From an uncultured virus (IMG/VR IMGVR_UViG_3300034095_001075) (taxonomy: Duplodnaviria; Heunggongvirae; Uroviricota; Caudoviricetes), in IMG/VR virus record IMGVR_UViG_3300034095_001075: a stretch of DNA of 61,849 nt, one strand, 5' to 3'. Of the stretch, positions 48,587 to 57,685 are shown in pieces. The notes below the pieces were generated by a model that did not search any database, was not told the origin of the DNA, and worked only from the letters and a program-made list of their open reading frames with translations. The position numbers and the translations under genes were made by a program. How positions within the stretch are numbered: position 1 is the stretch's first letter; each line of letters begins with the position of its first letter.

Positions 48587-49410
48587 AATTTTATATGTCA
48601 TATTGGTCTGGTGGATACCAACAAATACCACAATCATACATCATTGACTACCATAGACTATCTGCACATTATTTAAAAAAACACTATGGAGAAGTTCATT
48701 TAATAACAGATAGTGTTGGAAAGGATTCTTTAGAAGATGTTGGATATACAACAATAAGCACAGAATTAGATTCTTTGCCAGCAAATTTAAATTGGGCTTT
48801 AGGTAAACTATACTCATATCGAAAATTAGCTCAAATCGGTGATCCTTTTTTGCATGTTGATTATGATGTTTTTGTTGCAAAACCATTTCCTGAAACTAAA
48901 TTAATGTCTACAGTTTTAGTGCAAAGTGTGGAAAAAATACTTCCACCAGATAGATGGTATGATTTAGATGCATTTTATAATTTATGTCCTAATATTGGTT
49001 ATTGCAATAGAGATGATACAAATGATCATTCATACAATACTGGCATTTTTGGTGGAAATGATTTAGATTTTATTTACAAATATGCAAATTCTGCATACGA
49101 ATTGTCAGTAGATCCTGCGAATCAAATTGGTTATCAAAATATGAACAATAATGCAATTGGTCTATGTTTTTATCTTCCAACAATATTTTTAGAACAATAT
49201 TATTTGTATCAGTGTTCAAAACATTTTAATGTTTCGATAACGACATTGTTGAATGGCGGCGACTACGACAAACGATGGTTCGAAAGTAGTAGACGAGAAT
49301 TAGAATATTTTCATGTAACAGATATTGATGGAGGTATACCAAAAAACAATCAAAAACTACTTGAAATGATCCAAAGAAAATTAGTTTATGAGGGTGTAAT
49401 TGGTGCTTAA
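48583..49410 (+). CDS. Glycosyltransferase-like protein (DUF6734-like), paralog 2
   Basis: Same motifs: LITDS, WALGKL.SY, PFLHVDYDVF, YNTGIFGGN, EQYYL, YFH. Confidence 0.6.
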   Translation: MKFYMSYWSGGYQQIPQSYIIDYHRLSAHYLKKHYGEVHLITDSVGKDSLEDVGYTTISTELDSLPANLNWALGKLYSYRKLAQIGDPFLHVDYDVFVAKPFPETKLMSTVLVQSVEKILPPDRWYDLDAFYNLCPNIGYCNRDDTNDHSYNTGIFGGNDLDFIYKYANSAYELSVDPANQIGYQNMNNNAIGLCFYLPTIFLEQYYLYQCSKHFNVSITTLLNGGDYDKRWFESSRRELEYFHVTDIDGGIPKNNQKLLEMIQRKLVYEGVIGA

Positions 49411-49840
49411 AGTTTATAAATCAAATGAAGAAGCAATTCTTCCCAAGTTTGCAACAGAACAATCTGCGTGTTTTGATATTTCTTTCTGTGGTAGAATTTT
49501 CAAGATATTTGCCGGGAAAAGAGCAGTAATTCCTACAGGATTGATTCTTGATATTCCAAAAGGATATTCTGTTCGCATTCATGCCAGATCAGGATTGGCA
49601 TACAAAAATGGCATAACCCTCTTAAACGCAGAGGGTATTATAGATTCTGATTATGTCGATGAACTTAAAATTATTCTGTACAATACTTCAAATGAAGATT
49701 TTGTAATCCATCATGGTGATCGTATTGCCCAAGGAGAATTGGTAAAAACTCTTGACTATACAGTAGAAGAATGTTATACTGCACCGGAACAGAAAACCAA
49801 CCGTGTCGGTGGGTTTGGATCTACAGGAATCTCATCATGA
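49400..49840 (+). CDS. dut: Trimeric dUTPase
   Basis: SACFDI, ARSGLA, GIIDSDY, GDRIAQ, RVGGFGSTG (motifs 1-5). Confidence 0.93.
   Translation: MVLKVYKSNEEAILPKFATEQSACFDISFCGRIFKIFAGKRAVIPTGLILDIPKGYSVRIHARSGLAYKNGITLLNAEGIIDSDYVDELKIILYNTSNEDFVIHHGDRIAQGELVKTLDYTVEECYTAPEQKTNRVGGFGSTGISS
49752..49780 (+). promoter_or_regulatory. Sigma70-like promoter upstream of the Nmad/gp43 genes
   Basis: TTGACT-N17-TATACT with extended -10 TG, in the 3' end of dut. Confidence 0.55.
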
Positions 49841-50217
49841 ACGAACCATACAAAGTAACAAGAGAAGATCTTTTAACATTTCATCAAGGTCTTTGCCAAG
49901 ATGCACTAGAACTAATGAAAGCCAAAAATCATGACTATGCTGGAAAAGGTGGCCAAGAGCCATTTGCTAACTTCACTCGCGTAGAATCGATGGGAATTAC
50001 TACAACTGAGAAGGGTATGATGGTTCGTCTTACAGATAAGATGAGCCGTTTATCTTCTTTCACAGAATCTGGAAAGTTTGCAGTATCGGATGAGAAATTA
50101 ACTGATACAATAATGGATATCATTAACTACTCTGTTCTTTTCTATGCATATATGATGGAAAAGCAAGAGAACAGAGAGCGTCAGACGAGTTCTACTAAAA
50201 TTCTTATTCAGGATTAA
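49837..50217 (+). CDS. Nucleotide-modification-associated domain protein (Nmad1/DUF1599-like)
   Basis: KNHDYA.....PFANF......G...R..DKMSRL......DE...DT..D..NY; ATG 49837 overlaps the dut stop. Confidence 0.7.
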   Translation: MNEPYKVTREDLLTFHQGLCQDALELMKAKNHDYAGKGGQEPFANFTRVESMGITTTEKGMMVRLTDKMSRLSSFTESGKFAVSDEKLTDTIMDIINYSVLFYAYMMEKQENRERQTSSTKILIQD

Positions 50218-52773
50218 ATGAGTTCTACTTTTTATACAAATGTTGCGGTTCGCGGAAACCGCATATTATATCGTGGGTATCAGAATGGCAAACGGATACA
50301 TTCCGCTGAACCATTTCAGCCCACGATGTTTGTTACATCAAACAAAAAGACGGAGTGGACTACACTTGATGGTAAGTATGTCGAACCAATTAATCCCGGT
50401 AGCATAGATGACACCAAGAAATTCATAGAAGATTATAAAGATGTTTCTGGATTTGAAATATATGGAAACAATGATTTTGTTTATCAATACATCGGATACA
50501 AGTATCCCAAAGATGTAGTATATGATACAAATCAATTGCGAATTGCCTATCTTGATATTGAAACAGAATGTGAGAGCGGATTTCCTTCGATTGAACAAGC
50601 AGATCAGAAAATCAATGTAATCACTTTTCGTATTGGTGATCAAACATATACATTCTGTGTAGGAAAAGCAACTCCTGTAGATGCTGATCACCATGTGTAT
50701 TGCTACACAAAAGAAGAAGTAATGCTTGAGCAGTTCTTGGAGATGTGGCAAGACAAAGACATTGATATTGTTACCGGATGGAATGTTAGATTTTTCGACA
50801 TTCCATATATGGTGAACAGAATATCTCGTGTTCTTGACGAGAAGTCTGCAAAGAAACTGTCTCCTTGGGGACAACTGAAGTCTCGCACAGTAGTTGTTCG
50901 CAATCAAGATCTTGCAGTATATGATCTTGTTGGAATTTCTATAATGGACTATTTTGATCTGTACAGAAAATTCACATTCGTTACTCGCGAAAGTTACAAA
51001 CTAGATCATATTGCTTATGTGGAACTTGGCGAACGCAAGGCATCTTTTGAAGAGTTTGAGAGTCTGCAAGACTTTTATACAGGGAACTTTGATAAATTTG
51101 TTGCATACAACCACAAAGATGTGCAGCTAGTCCTGAAACTAGAAGAAAAATTGAAATTGTTGGAATTGGGAATTGCTCTTGCGTATTCAGCAAAGGTAAA
51201 CCTTCTCGATGTCTTTTCTCAAGTTCGAACTTGGGATGCTATCATTTATCATTACTTGATTGAAAGAAATATAGTAATTCCTAAAAAAGAAATAGAAGAG
51301 AAGGATCGTCAGTTCGAAGGTGCATATGTCAAAGAGCCATTAATTGGTGAACACAAGTGGATTGTGTCGTTCGATTTGGACAGTCTCTATCCACATTTGA
51401 TCATGCAGTACAACATCTCACCTGAAACCAAGACTGAGTGGGGTGAGCGAGGAATATTGAATCCCGATATGATCTTTGACAGAGAAGATGATAAACCCAT
51501 AACATCTTTCATGGACTGTCTTGAAATTTTCCGTAATGCTAAACTAAGAAACGAATCTGTTGCTGCAAATGGTATCACATTTCGCAGAGATGTTCGTGGA
51601 TTTCTCCCTGCTTTGATGGAGACAATGTACGAAGAACGGAAAATGTACAAGAACAAAATGTTGCAGTGCAAAGCAGAGTTGAAGAATCTAGATTCTTCTG
51701 CTAGTAAAGAACAAATCAAAACTCTTAAGAACAACATCTCCAAGTTTCACAATTTTCAATTGGTTCGTAAGATTCAATTGAACAGCGCGTTCGGTGCTAT
51801 TGGAAATCAATATTTCCGTTACTATGATCTTGATCTAGCAGAAGCCATTACCGTGTCCGGTCAACTGGCAATCCGTTGGATTGAGAGATCGCTCAACACA
51901 TTCCTAAACACCACCATTGGTACAACCGGATGTGATTTTGTTATAGCATCCGATACCGATTCTGTTTATATCTGTTTGGATAAACTCGTTCAGAAGGTTA
52001 TGCCAAATGCAGACAATCACAAGATTGTAAAGTTCTTGGACAAATCTTGCAAGGATATAATCGATCCATTCATTGAATCGAAGTACAAGGAACTTGCCAC
52101 CTTGATGAATGCATATTCCCAAAAGATGCACATGAAGAGAGAATCCATATCCAACAAGGGAATATGGACTGCTAAGAAACGCTATATGCTTAATGTGTAT
52201 ATGGCAGAAGACGATGTTCTTCTTGACAAGCCAGAAATGAAGATAATGGGAATTGAAACCAGTAGATCTTCCACTCCTCAGATTGTAAGAGAAGCACTGA
52301 CTAAAGCCATTTACATAATCATGAATGGTAACGAAGCATCTCTTAGAGAATTTGTTGATACTTTTCGCAAAGAGTTCTTTAGTAAAGATCCGGAAGTGAT
52401 TGCATTTCCCCGTGGATGTAATGGGATGTTAGAGTATGCAGATTCTTCCAATATATACCGAAAATCTACTCCTATTCATGTGAGGGGTGCTTTGCTCTAT
52501 AATCATTATGTGAAGAAGAAGAAATTGACAAAGAAATATCAATTGATCAAAGCAGGAGAAAAGGTGAAGTATGTGTATCTAAAAGAACCAAATCCTCTTG
52601 GGGAGAATGTCGTTTCTTTTATCAGTACTTTACCTAAAGAACTTGACTTACACAGGTTTATAGATTACAATTCACAGTTCGAAAAGAGTTTTGTAGAACC
52701 ACTAACAATCATTCTACATACCATGAAATGGAAAATCAAAGAGACAAGTAGTTTAGAAAGTTTATTCATATGA
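50218..52773 (+). CDS. gp43: Family B DNA polymerase gp43
   Basis: Exo YLDIET, TGWN..FFDIPY, SYKLD; Pol SFDLDSLYP, KIQLNSAFG, ASDTDS, KKRY; unsplit, no intein. Confidence 0.97.
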   Translation: MSSTFYTNVAVRGNRILYRGYQNGKRIHSAEPFQPTMFVTSNKKTEWTTLDGKYVEPINPGSIDDTKKFIEDYKDVSGFEIYGNNDFVYQYIGYKYPKDVVYDTNQLRIAYLDIETECESGFPSIEQADQKINVITFRIGDQTYTFCVGKATPVDADHHVYCYTKEEVMLEQFLEMWQDKDIDIVTGWNVRFFDIPYMVNRISRVLDEKSAKKLSPWGQLKSRTVVVRNQDLAVYDLVGISIMDYFDLYRKFTFVTRESYKLDHIAYVELGERKASFEEFESLQDFYTGNFDKFVAYNHKDVQLVLKLEEKLKLLELGIALAYSAKVNLLDVFSQVRTWDAIIYHYLIERNIVIPKKEIEEKDRQFEGAYVKEPLIGEHKWIVSFDLDSLYPHLIMQYNISPETKTEWGERGILNPDMIFDREDDKPITSFMDCLEIFRNAKLRNESVAANGITFRRDVRGFLPALMETMYEERKMYKNKMLQCKAELKNLDSSASKEQIKTLKNNISKFHNFQLVRKIQLNSAFGAIGNQYFRYYDLDLAEAITVSGQLAIRWIERSLNTFLNTTIGTTGCDFVIASDTDSVYICLDKLVQKVMPNADNHKIVKFLDKSCKDIIDPFIESKYKELATLMNAYSQKMHMKRESISNKGIWTAKKRYMLNVYMAEDDVLLDKPEMKIMGIETSRSSTPQIVREALTKAIYIIMNGNEASLREFVDTFRKEFFSKDPEVIAFPRGCNGMLEYADSSNIYRKSTPIHVRGALLYNHYVKKKKLTKKYQLIKAGEKVKYVYLKEPNPLGENVVSFISTLPKELDLHRFIDYNSQFEKSFVEPLTIILHTMKWKIKETSSLESLFI

Positions 52774-52877
52774 TAGATTCTGTAATAATTGCTACTTTGT
52801 TTTTTACTTTCATTGGTGCCACTTTCGGTTTATTAAGTTTTGAAATGGTAAAAATATTATGCAGAAAAAAGAATTAA
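52770..52877 (+). CDS. 35-aa single-TM small membrane protein (not in ORF track)
   Basis: ATGA overlap with the gp43 stop; [35 protein letters not shown]. Confidence 0.5.
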   Translation: MIDSVIIATLFFTFIGATFGLLSFEMVKILCRKKN

Positions 52878-53047
52878 GTCAGCTTGCAAAAGACACCATT
52901 GATACTTGTCTTAGAACAAAACACAAAGATCTCAAGTTTCAAATAAAGGGTGATTTGAAATATATTGATTTGACTACATTGGAAAAGATAACAAATCAAA
53001 TCGCTGACATAGAAACGACATTGAAAGAAATAAAGGAGATATTATGA
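52859..53047 (+). CDS. Hypothetical coiled-coil protein
   Basis: 62 aa; stop overlaps the uvsX ATG. Confidence 0.5.
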   Translation: MQKKELSQLAKDTIDTCLRTKHKDLKFQIKGDLKYIDLTTLEKITNQIADIETTLKEIKEIL

Positions 53048-54111
53048 GTTTTCTAAAAAACATTATAAAAGAGTCTAAAAATGAATTCGCAAGCATCGTT
53101 GAAGACGGCATTGAAGGTAGTGACATCAAGGGATTCGTGGATACAGGGAGCTATTCTTTTAATGCTCTTCTTTCTGGCTCTTTGTATGGTGGGATGCCTG
53201 ATAATAAGATCATGGCTATTGCTGGCGAAAGTGCAACTGGCAAAACTTATTTCACATTAGGAATTGTTGGACAGTTTCTCAAGGACTTCCCAGATGGTGC
53301 GGTGCTATACTTCGACACAGAACAAGCAGTTACTAGTTCTATGTTTAAGGATCGAGGCATTGATCCTAACCGCATCGCAGTATTTCCAGTAAACACAGTA
53401 GAAGAATTCAGACACCAAGCAGTTACTATCTTGGATTCGTATTTGGCTCTTTCTCAAAAGGAAAAGAAACCAATGATGATTGTCTTGGATAGTCTTGGTA
53501 TGTTATCTACTAATAAGGAAATGGCAGATACTGCTGAAGGTAAGACAACCAAGGACATGACTCGCGCACAGGTAATTAAAGCCACCTTTAGAGTATTGAC
53601 TCTCAAACTTGGCAAAGCAAATGTGCCATTGATCATGACAAACCACACATACGATATCATCGGTTCCATGTATCCAACGAAAGAGATGGGTGGTGGATCT
53701 GGTCTTAAGTATGCTGCATCCACGATTGTATATCTTTCCAAGAGAAAAGAGAAAGATAGTGATGGTAGTGTAGTAGGAAATGTGATACACTGCAAACTGT
53801 ATAAGGGTAGAATTACCAAAGAAAACAAGATGGTTGATGTCATGTTACGATATGACAGTGGATTGGATCGTTATTACGGGTTGGTTGATTTGGCTATCAA
53901 GTATGGTATTTTCAAGAAAGTCTCCACTCGCATTGAATTGCCTGATGGAAAGACTGCGTTTGAGAAGAACATACGAGAAAATCCAGAAAAGTATTTCACA
54001 GATGCGGTAATGGTTCGACTTGAAGACGCTGCGAGTCAAGAATTCAAGTACGGTATGCAGTCTGCCGGTGATGAGACTGTTTCGGATGACCTCGATGAGC
54101 CAACTGAATGA
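53044..54111 (+). CDS. uvsX: RecA-like recombinase UvsX
   Basis: [59 protein letters not shown]. Confidence 0.96.
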   Translation: MSFLKNIIKESKNEFASIVEDGIEGSDIKGFVDTGSYSFNALLSGSLYGGMPDNKIMAIAGESATGKTYFTLGIVGQFLKDFPDGAVLYFDTEQAVTSSMFKDRGIDPNRIAVFPVNTVEEFRHQAVTILDSYLALSQKEKKPMMIVLDSLGMLSTNKEMADTAEGKTTKDMTRAQVIKATFRVLTLKLGKANVPLIMTNHTYDIIGSMYPTKEMGGGSGLKYAASTIVYLSKRKEKDSDGSVVGNVIHCKLYKGRITKENKMVDVMLRYDSGLDRYYGLVDLAIKYGIFKKVSTRIELPDGKTAFEKNIRENPEKYFTDAVMVRLEDAASQEFKYGMQSAGDETVSDDLDEPTE

Positions 54112-55526
54112 GTATAGAAAAAATCATATTGGAGAACTTACTAACAAATGAAATATATGTTAGACGAGTTCTACCATTCATAAAAGAAGAATACTTTCAA
54201 GAAAGAAACGATAAAGCAATTTTTCGTTCCATTCAGGACTTCTTTATTACATACAATGGATTGCCTAGTCAAGATGCAATCAAGATTGCTATCTCTAATC
54301 GCACAGATTTGACTCAAACCGAATTTGAAACAATTAGTAACAATATTGGTGCATTTGATGTAACAACGAAACAAGATGATGCTTGGTTGTTGCACGAAAC
54401 TGAAAAGTTTTGTAAAGACAAAGCAGTTTACAATGCCATTTTGGAATCCATTCATATCATCGAAGGTAAGTCTAGTAACAAGACTACCACATCTTTACCT
54501 TCTATTCTATCAGATGCTTTAGCAGTTTCTTTTGATAGTAATGTTGGACATGATTATCTGAAAGATGCTGAAAAGCGATATGATTTCTACCATACAGTAG
54601 AGAAGAAGATTCCATTTGATCTTGAGTATATGAATCAGATCACAAATAATGGTACTCCACAAAAAACATTGAATATTGTTATTGCAGGAACCGGAGTAGG
54701 TAAGTCTCTGTTCTTGTGTCATCATGCAGCTAATTGTATGATGCAGAATAAGAATGTGTTGTATATCACATGTGAAATGGCAGAAGAGCGTATCGCTGAA
54801 CGGATTGATGCAAACATCATGGATACAACTCTTGATGATTTGAAATTGTTTACTAAAGATATGTACGCCAAGAAGTTGTTCAATGCAACTAGAGGTGTGT
54901 TGGGTAAGTTGATTATCAAGGAATATCCAACTGGCACAGCAAATGTGAATCACTTTAGACATCTACTAGATGAACTGAAACTAAAGCGAAAGTTTATTCC
55001 AGATATCATCTTTATTGATTATCTGAACATATGCTCGTCTAGTCGATTCAAAGCAGCAGTAGTGAATTCATACACTTACATCAAGGGTATTGCAGAAGAA
55101 TTGCGGGGACTTGCAGTAGAACAGAATGTTCCAATTTTCTCTGCTACACAAACGAACCGAGATGGATATACTAATACAGATCTTGGATTGGAAAATACAT
55201 CAGAGTCGTTTGGATTGCCACAAACTGCAGATTTCATGTTTGCTTTGATTCGAACAGAAGAACTAGATCAGATGAATCAGGTAATGGTAAAGCAGTTGAA
55301 GAATCGATACAACGATTTGGCATCCAATCGAAAGTTCATGATAGGAATCAATCGATCAAAGATGAAACTGTTCAATGTTGACGAATCTGCTCAGGTAGGA
55401 TTGATTGGTGCAGGAGCAGAAAATGAAGTGGTAAAGAAAGAACAGGGATTTGGTAATAAGTTTAAGCGTAAGGGTTATGGAGATAAGGTAAAGTCTTGGC
55501 AATTTGAGGATAAAACAAATGAATGA
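54108..55526 (+). CDS. gp41: Replicative helicase gp41
   Basis: [69 protein letters not shown]. Confidence 0.96.
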   Translation: MSIEKIILENLLTNEIYVRRVLPFIKEEYFQERNDKAIFRSIQDFFITYNGLPSQDAIKIAISNRTDLTQTEFETISNNIGAFDVTTKQDDAWLLHETEKFCKDKAVYNAILESIHIIEGKSSNKTTTSLPSILSDALAVSFDSNVGHDYLKDAEKRYDFYHTVEKKIPFDLEYMNQITNNGTPQKTLNIVIAGTGVGKSLFLCHHAANCMMQNKNVLYITCEMAEERIAERIDANIMDTTLDDLKLFTKDMYAKKLFNATRGVLGKLIIKEYPTGTANVNHFRHLLDELKLKRKFIPDIIFIDYLNICSSSRFKAAVVNSYTYIKGIAEELRGLAVEQNVPIFSATQTNRDGYTNTDLGLENTSESFGLPQTADFMFALIRTEELDQMNQVMVKQLKNRYNDLASNRKFMIGINRSKMKLFNVDESAQVGLIGAGAENEVVKKEQGFGNKFKRKGYGDKVKSWQFEDKTNE

Positions 55527-55662
55527 ATATAAGCAACTACAATTTATTAAAGAAGATGATGTCCGCACATTCGAACAGCGCATGGCTGCTTTGCCGGCAA
55601 TACGCGATGAAGATTTCCCAGAGTGGAAAGAATGGGCAGAACAAGCTTTACTAAGTAACTAA
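55519..55662 (+). CDS. 47-aa hypothetical protein (not in ORF track)
   Basis: gagga [49 protein letters not shown]; fills the gp41-gp61 gap. Confidence 0.55.
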   Translation: MNEYKQLQFIKEDDVRTFEQRMAALPAIRDEDFPEWKEWAEQALLSN

Positions 55663-55664
55663 AC

Positions 55665-56660
55665 ATGTCATTAATCATTGATAAAAAATACATCAATCTT
55701 GTTTCTTCTTCTCTTGATATGTTCAAGTGGAAGGGTGAGACACTAGCTAATTGCCGTTGTCCTATCTGTGGAGATTCTGAAAGGAATAAAACTAGAGCAA
55801 GAGGGTATTTTTATTCAAAGAACAATGATATGTTCTATAGATGCCACAACTGTAGTGCTTCTACCAACATCTATAGGTTCTTGGAGACAGTATCCCCTGC
55901 ACTCTGCAGGGAGTATTCTCTTGAACGGTGGAAGTCCGGTGAAAACGGACATTCCAACTATAAGAAGCCTGAGATAAAGATTGAAGCCCCTAAGTTTGCG
56001 AAAAGAATAAATCTACCAACTGTTAGCAGTTTGGATACAGAGCATCTGTGCAAGCAGTATGTCATAAAAAGAAAAATTCCACAACAATTATGGAATACTT
56101 TATATTATGCAGAAAACTTCTCAGAATTTGTTAAGAAGTTGGTAGATAAAGATGTTGGAGAAGAGCCTAGACTCATAATTCCAATTTTAAATCGCAACAA
56201 GGAACTCATAGGGTTTCAGGGTAGAGCATTGGATAATAACGCACTTCGGTATGTTACTATCAAATTTGATGAAAATGAGAAGTTGTGTTTTGGTGTTGAT
56301 CAGGTGGATCTGAATTCTATTGTATATGTTCTAGAAGGACCATTAGATTCGTTGTTTATACCAAATGGAATAGCAATCCTTGGTATGAATCATGAAATAG
56401 ATACCAGTCTGTTTGCAAAAACCAAATTGATTTATGTGCTAGATAATGAACCACGAAACAAACATGTGGTTCAGCAATATCACAAATTAATAAATACTGG
56501 TAAGACTGTGTGTATCTGGCCAGATAGTATAACTGGTAAAGATGTGAATGATATGATTTTGCGTGGAAGAACTTCAAACGAAATCAAGAAACTTATAGAT
56601 CATAACACATATTCTGGTCCGGAAGCAATGTTCAGACTCACCAAATGGAAGAAGGTCTAA
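55665..56660 (+). CDS. gp61: DNA primase gp61
   Basis: Zn finger CRCPICGDS..NK..ARGY...CHNC; RLIIP, GFQGR, EGPLDS, DNEPRN, KDVNDM TOPRIM motifs. Confidence 0.96.
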   Translation: MSLIIDKKYINLVSSSLDMFKWKGETLANCRCPICGDSERNKTRARGYFYSKNNDMFYRCHNCSASTNIYRFLETVSPALCREYSLERWKSGENGHSNYKKPEIKIEAPKFAKRINLPTVSSLDTEHLCKQYVIKRKIPQQLWNTLYYAENFSEFVKKLVDKDVGEEPRLIIPILNRNKELIGFQGRALDNNALRYVTIKFDENEKLCFGVDQVDLNSIVYVLEGPLDSLFIPNGIAILGMNHEIDTSLFAKTKLIYVLDNEPRNKHVVQQYHKLINTGKTVCIWPDSITGKDVNDMILRGRTSNEIKKLIDHNTYSGPEAMFRLTKWKKV

Positions 56661-56661
56661 T

Positions 56662-57027
56662 ATGTCAGATTACAAAGACGAACACGAGGATGAATATTAT
56701 GAAGACGAAGACGAGATTGAATCAGATGATTCGGAAGAAACTTCACAGTTCCCAACAAGCTACATCGAAGAATCAAACGAAGATTCAGAAGTTGTTGACT
56801 TGGGAGACATTGAAATCGAATTCGACGGCTTAAGTGAAGAGCAACAAGCATGGATCATAACAACAGAAGCCATTGCTGAATTTGGTATAAGATTTGCAGA
56901 ATATATTAAAGAAATAGATCCCGAAATGTGGAAACGCGCTAGAGATTATGCAATGGATTATGTGCAAATTGATGGTGTGGAATTTAAATTTGGTGATGAG
57001 GAACAAAATGGAAAAGACAAAGATTGA
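56662..57027 (+). CDS. Highly acidic hypothetical protein
   Basis: N-half almost entirely D/E; C-half F..RFAEYIKE.DPEMWKRARDYA.DY. Confidence 0.55.
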   Translation: MSDYKDEHEDEYYEDEDEIESDDSEETSQFPTSYIEESNEDSEVVDLGDIEIEFDGLSEEQQAWIITTEAIAEFGIRFAEYIKEIDPEMWKRARDYAMDYVQIDGVEFKFGDEEQNGKDKD

Positions 57028-57679
57028 TGTTCTTGATAAGGGGTTTGTTCAATATGTCATGCACATGGGAAGCGATCTTACTGTAGTAAATGCAGCAAGA
57101 GTGTCTTTCAATTCTGAAAGCACAGCGTTTGACGAGAGAGATGGCAAATTAATAAATTATTTGGCAAAGCATAAGCATTGGACTCCATTTGCTCATCCCC
57201 AAATAACATTAAGAATCAAAGCCCCAATATTCATTCGCACTCAACTTTTCAAACACAAGGTTGGGTTTGTTGAGAATGAAATTTCTCGTCGTTATGTTGC
57301 AGATATGCCAGAAATTTATGTACCTCGTTGGCGTGGAAAACCAACAAACGGAGCAAAGCAAGGATCTGAGGATTTTATGCCAATTGACGATTCATACAAT
57401 ACGGTGAATCGTAATTATGAAATGACCGCTAAAGATGCTCTTCAGACTTACGAAGAACTGCTTAAAAGGGGTGTTGCACCAGAACAGGCTCGTTCTGTTC
57501 TTCCGCAGGGTACATATACTCAATGGTGGTGGACTGGCTCTCTTTCTGCATATGCTAGAGTGTACTCACAGCGTATAGATCCCCATGCACAATGGGAAGT
57601 GCGCCAATATGCACAAGCAATTTATGACACGATTCAGCCCCTATACCCAGTTTCTTGGTTAGCATTAACTACTAAATAA
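57008..57679 (+). CDS. thyX: Flavin-dependent thymidylate synthase ThyX
   Basis: MGSDLTVVNAARVSF, LINYLAKHKHWTPF, APIF.R.Q.FKH..G...NEISRRY, APEQAR.VLPQ, HAQWEVR; ATG 57008 has a gagg SD. Confidence 0.94.
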   Translation: MEKTKIDVLDKGFVQYVMHMGSDLTVVNAARVSFNSESTAFDERDGKLINYLAKHKHWTPFAHPQITLRIKAPIFIRTQLFKHKVGFVENEISRRYVADMPEIYVPRWRGKPTNGAKQGSEDFMPIDDSYNTVNRNYEMTAKDALQTYEELLKRGVAPEQARSVLPQGTYTQWWWTGSLSAYARVYSQRIDPHAQWEVRQYAQAIYDTIQPLYPVSWLALTTK

Positions 57680-57685
57680 CCATAC

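Noticed and set aside
9709..56660. Inteins, introns or homing endonucleases in gp17, gp43, gp41, uvsX, uvsW or gp61
   Set aside because: Lengths are typical and motifs contiguous; no HNH, GIY-YIG or LAGLIDADG signatures seen.
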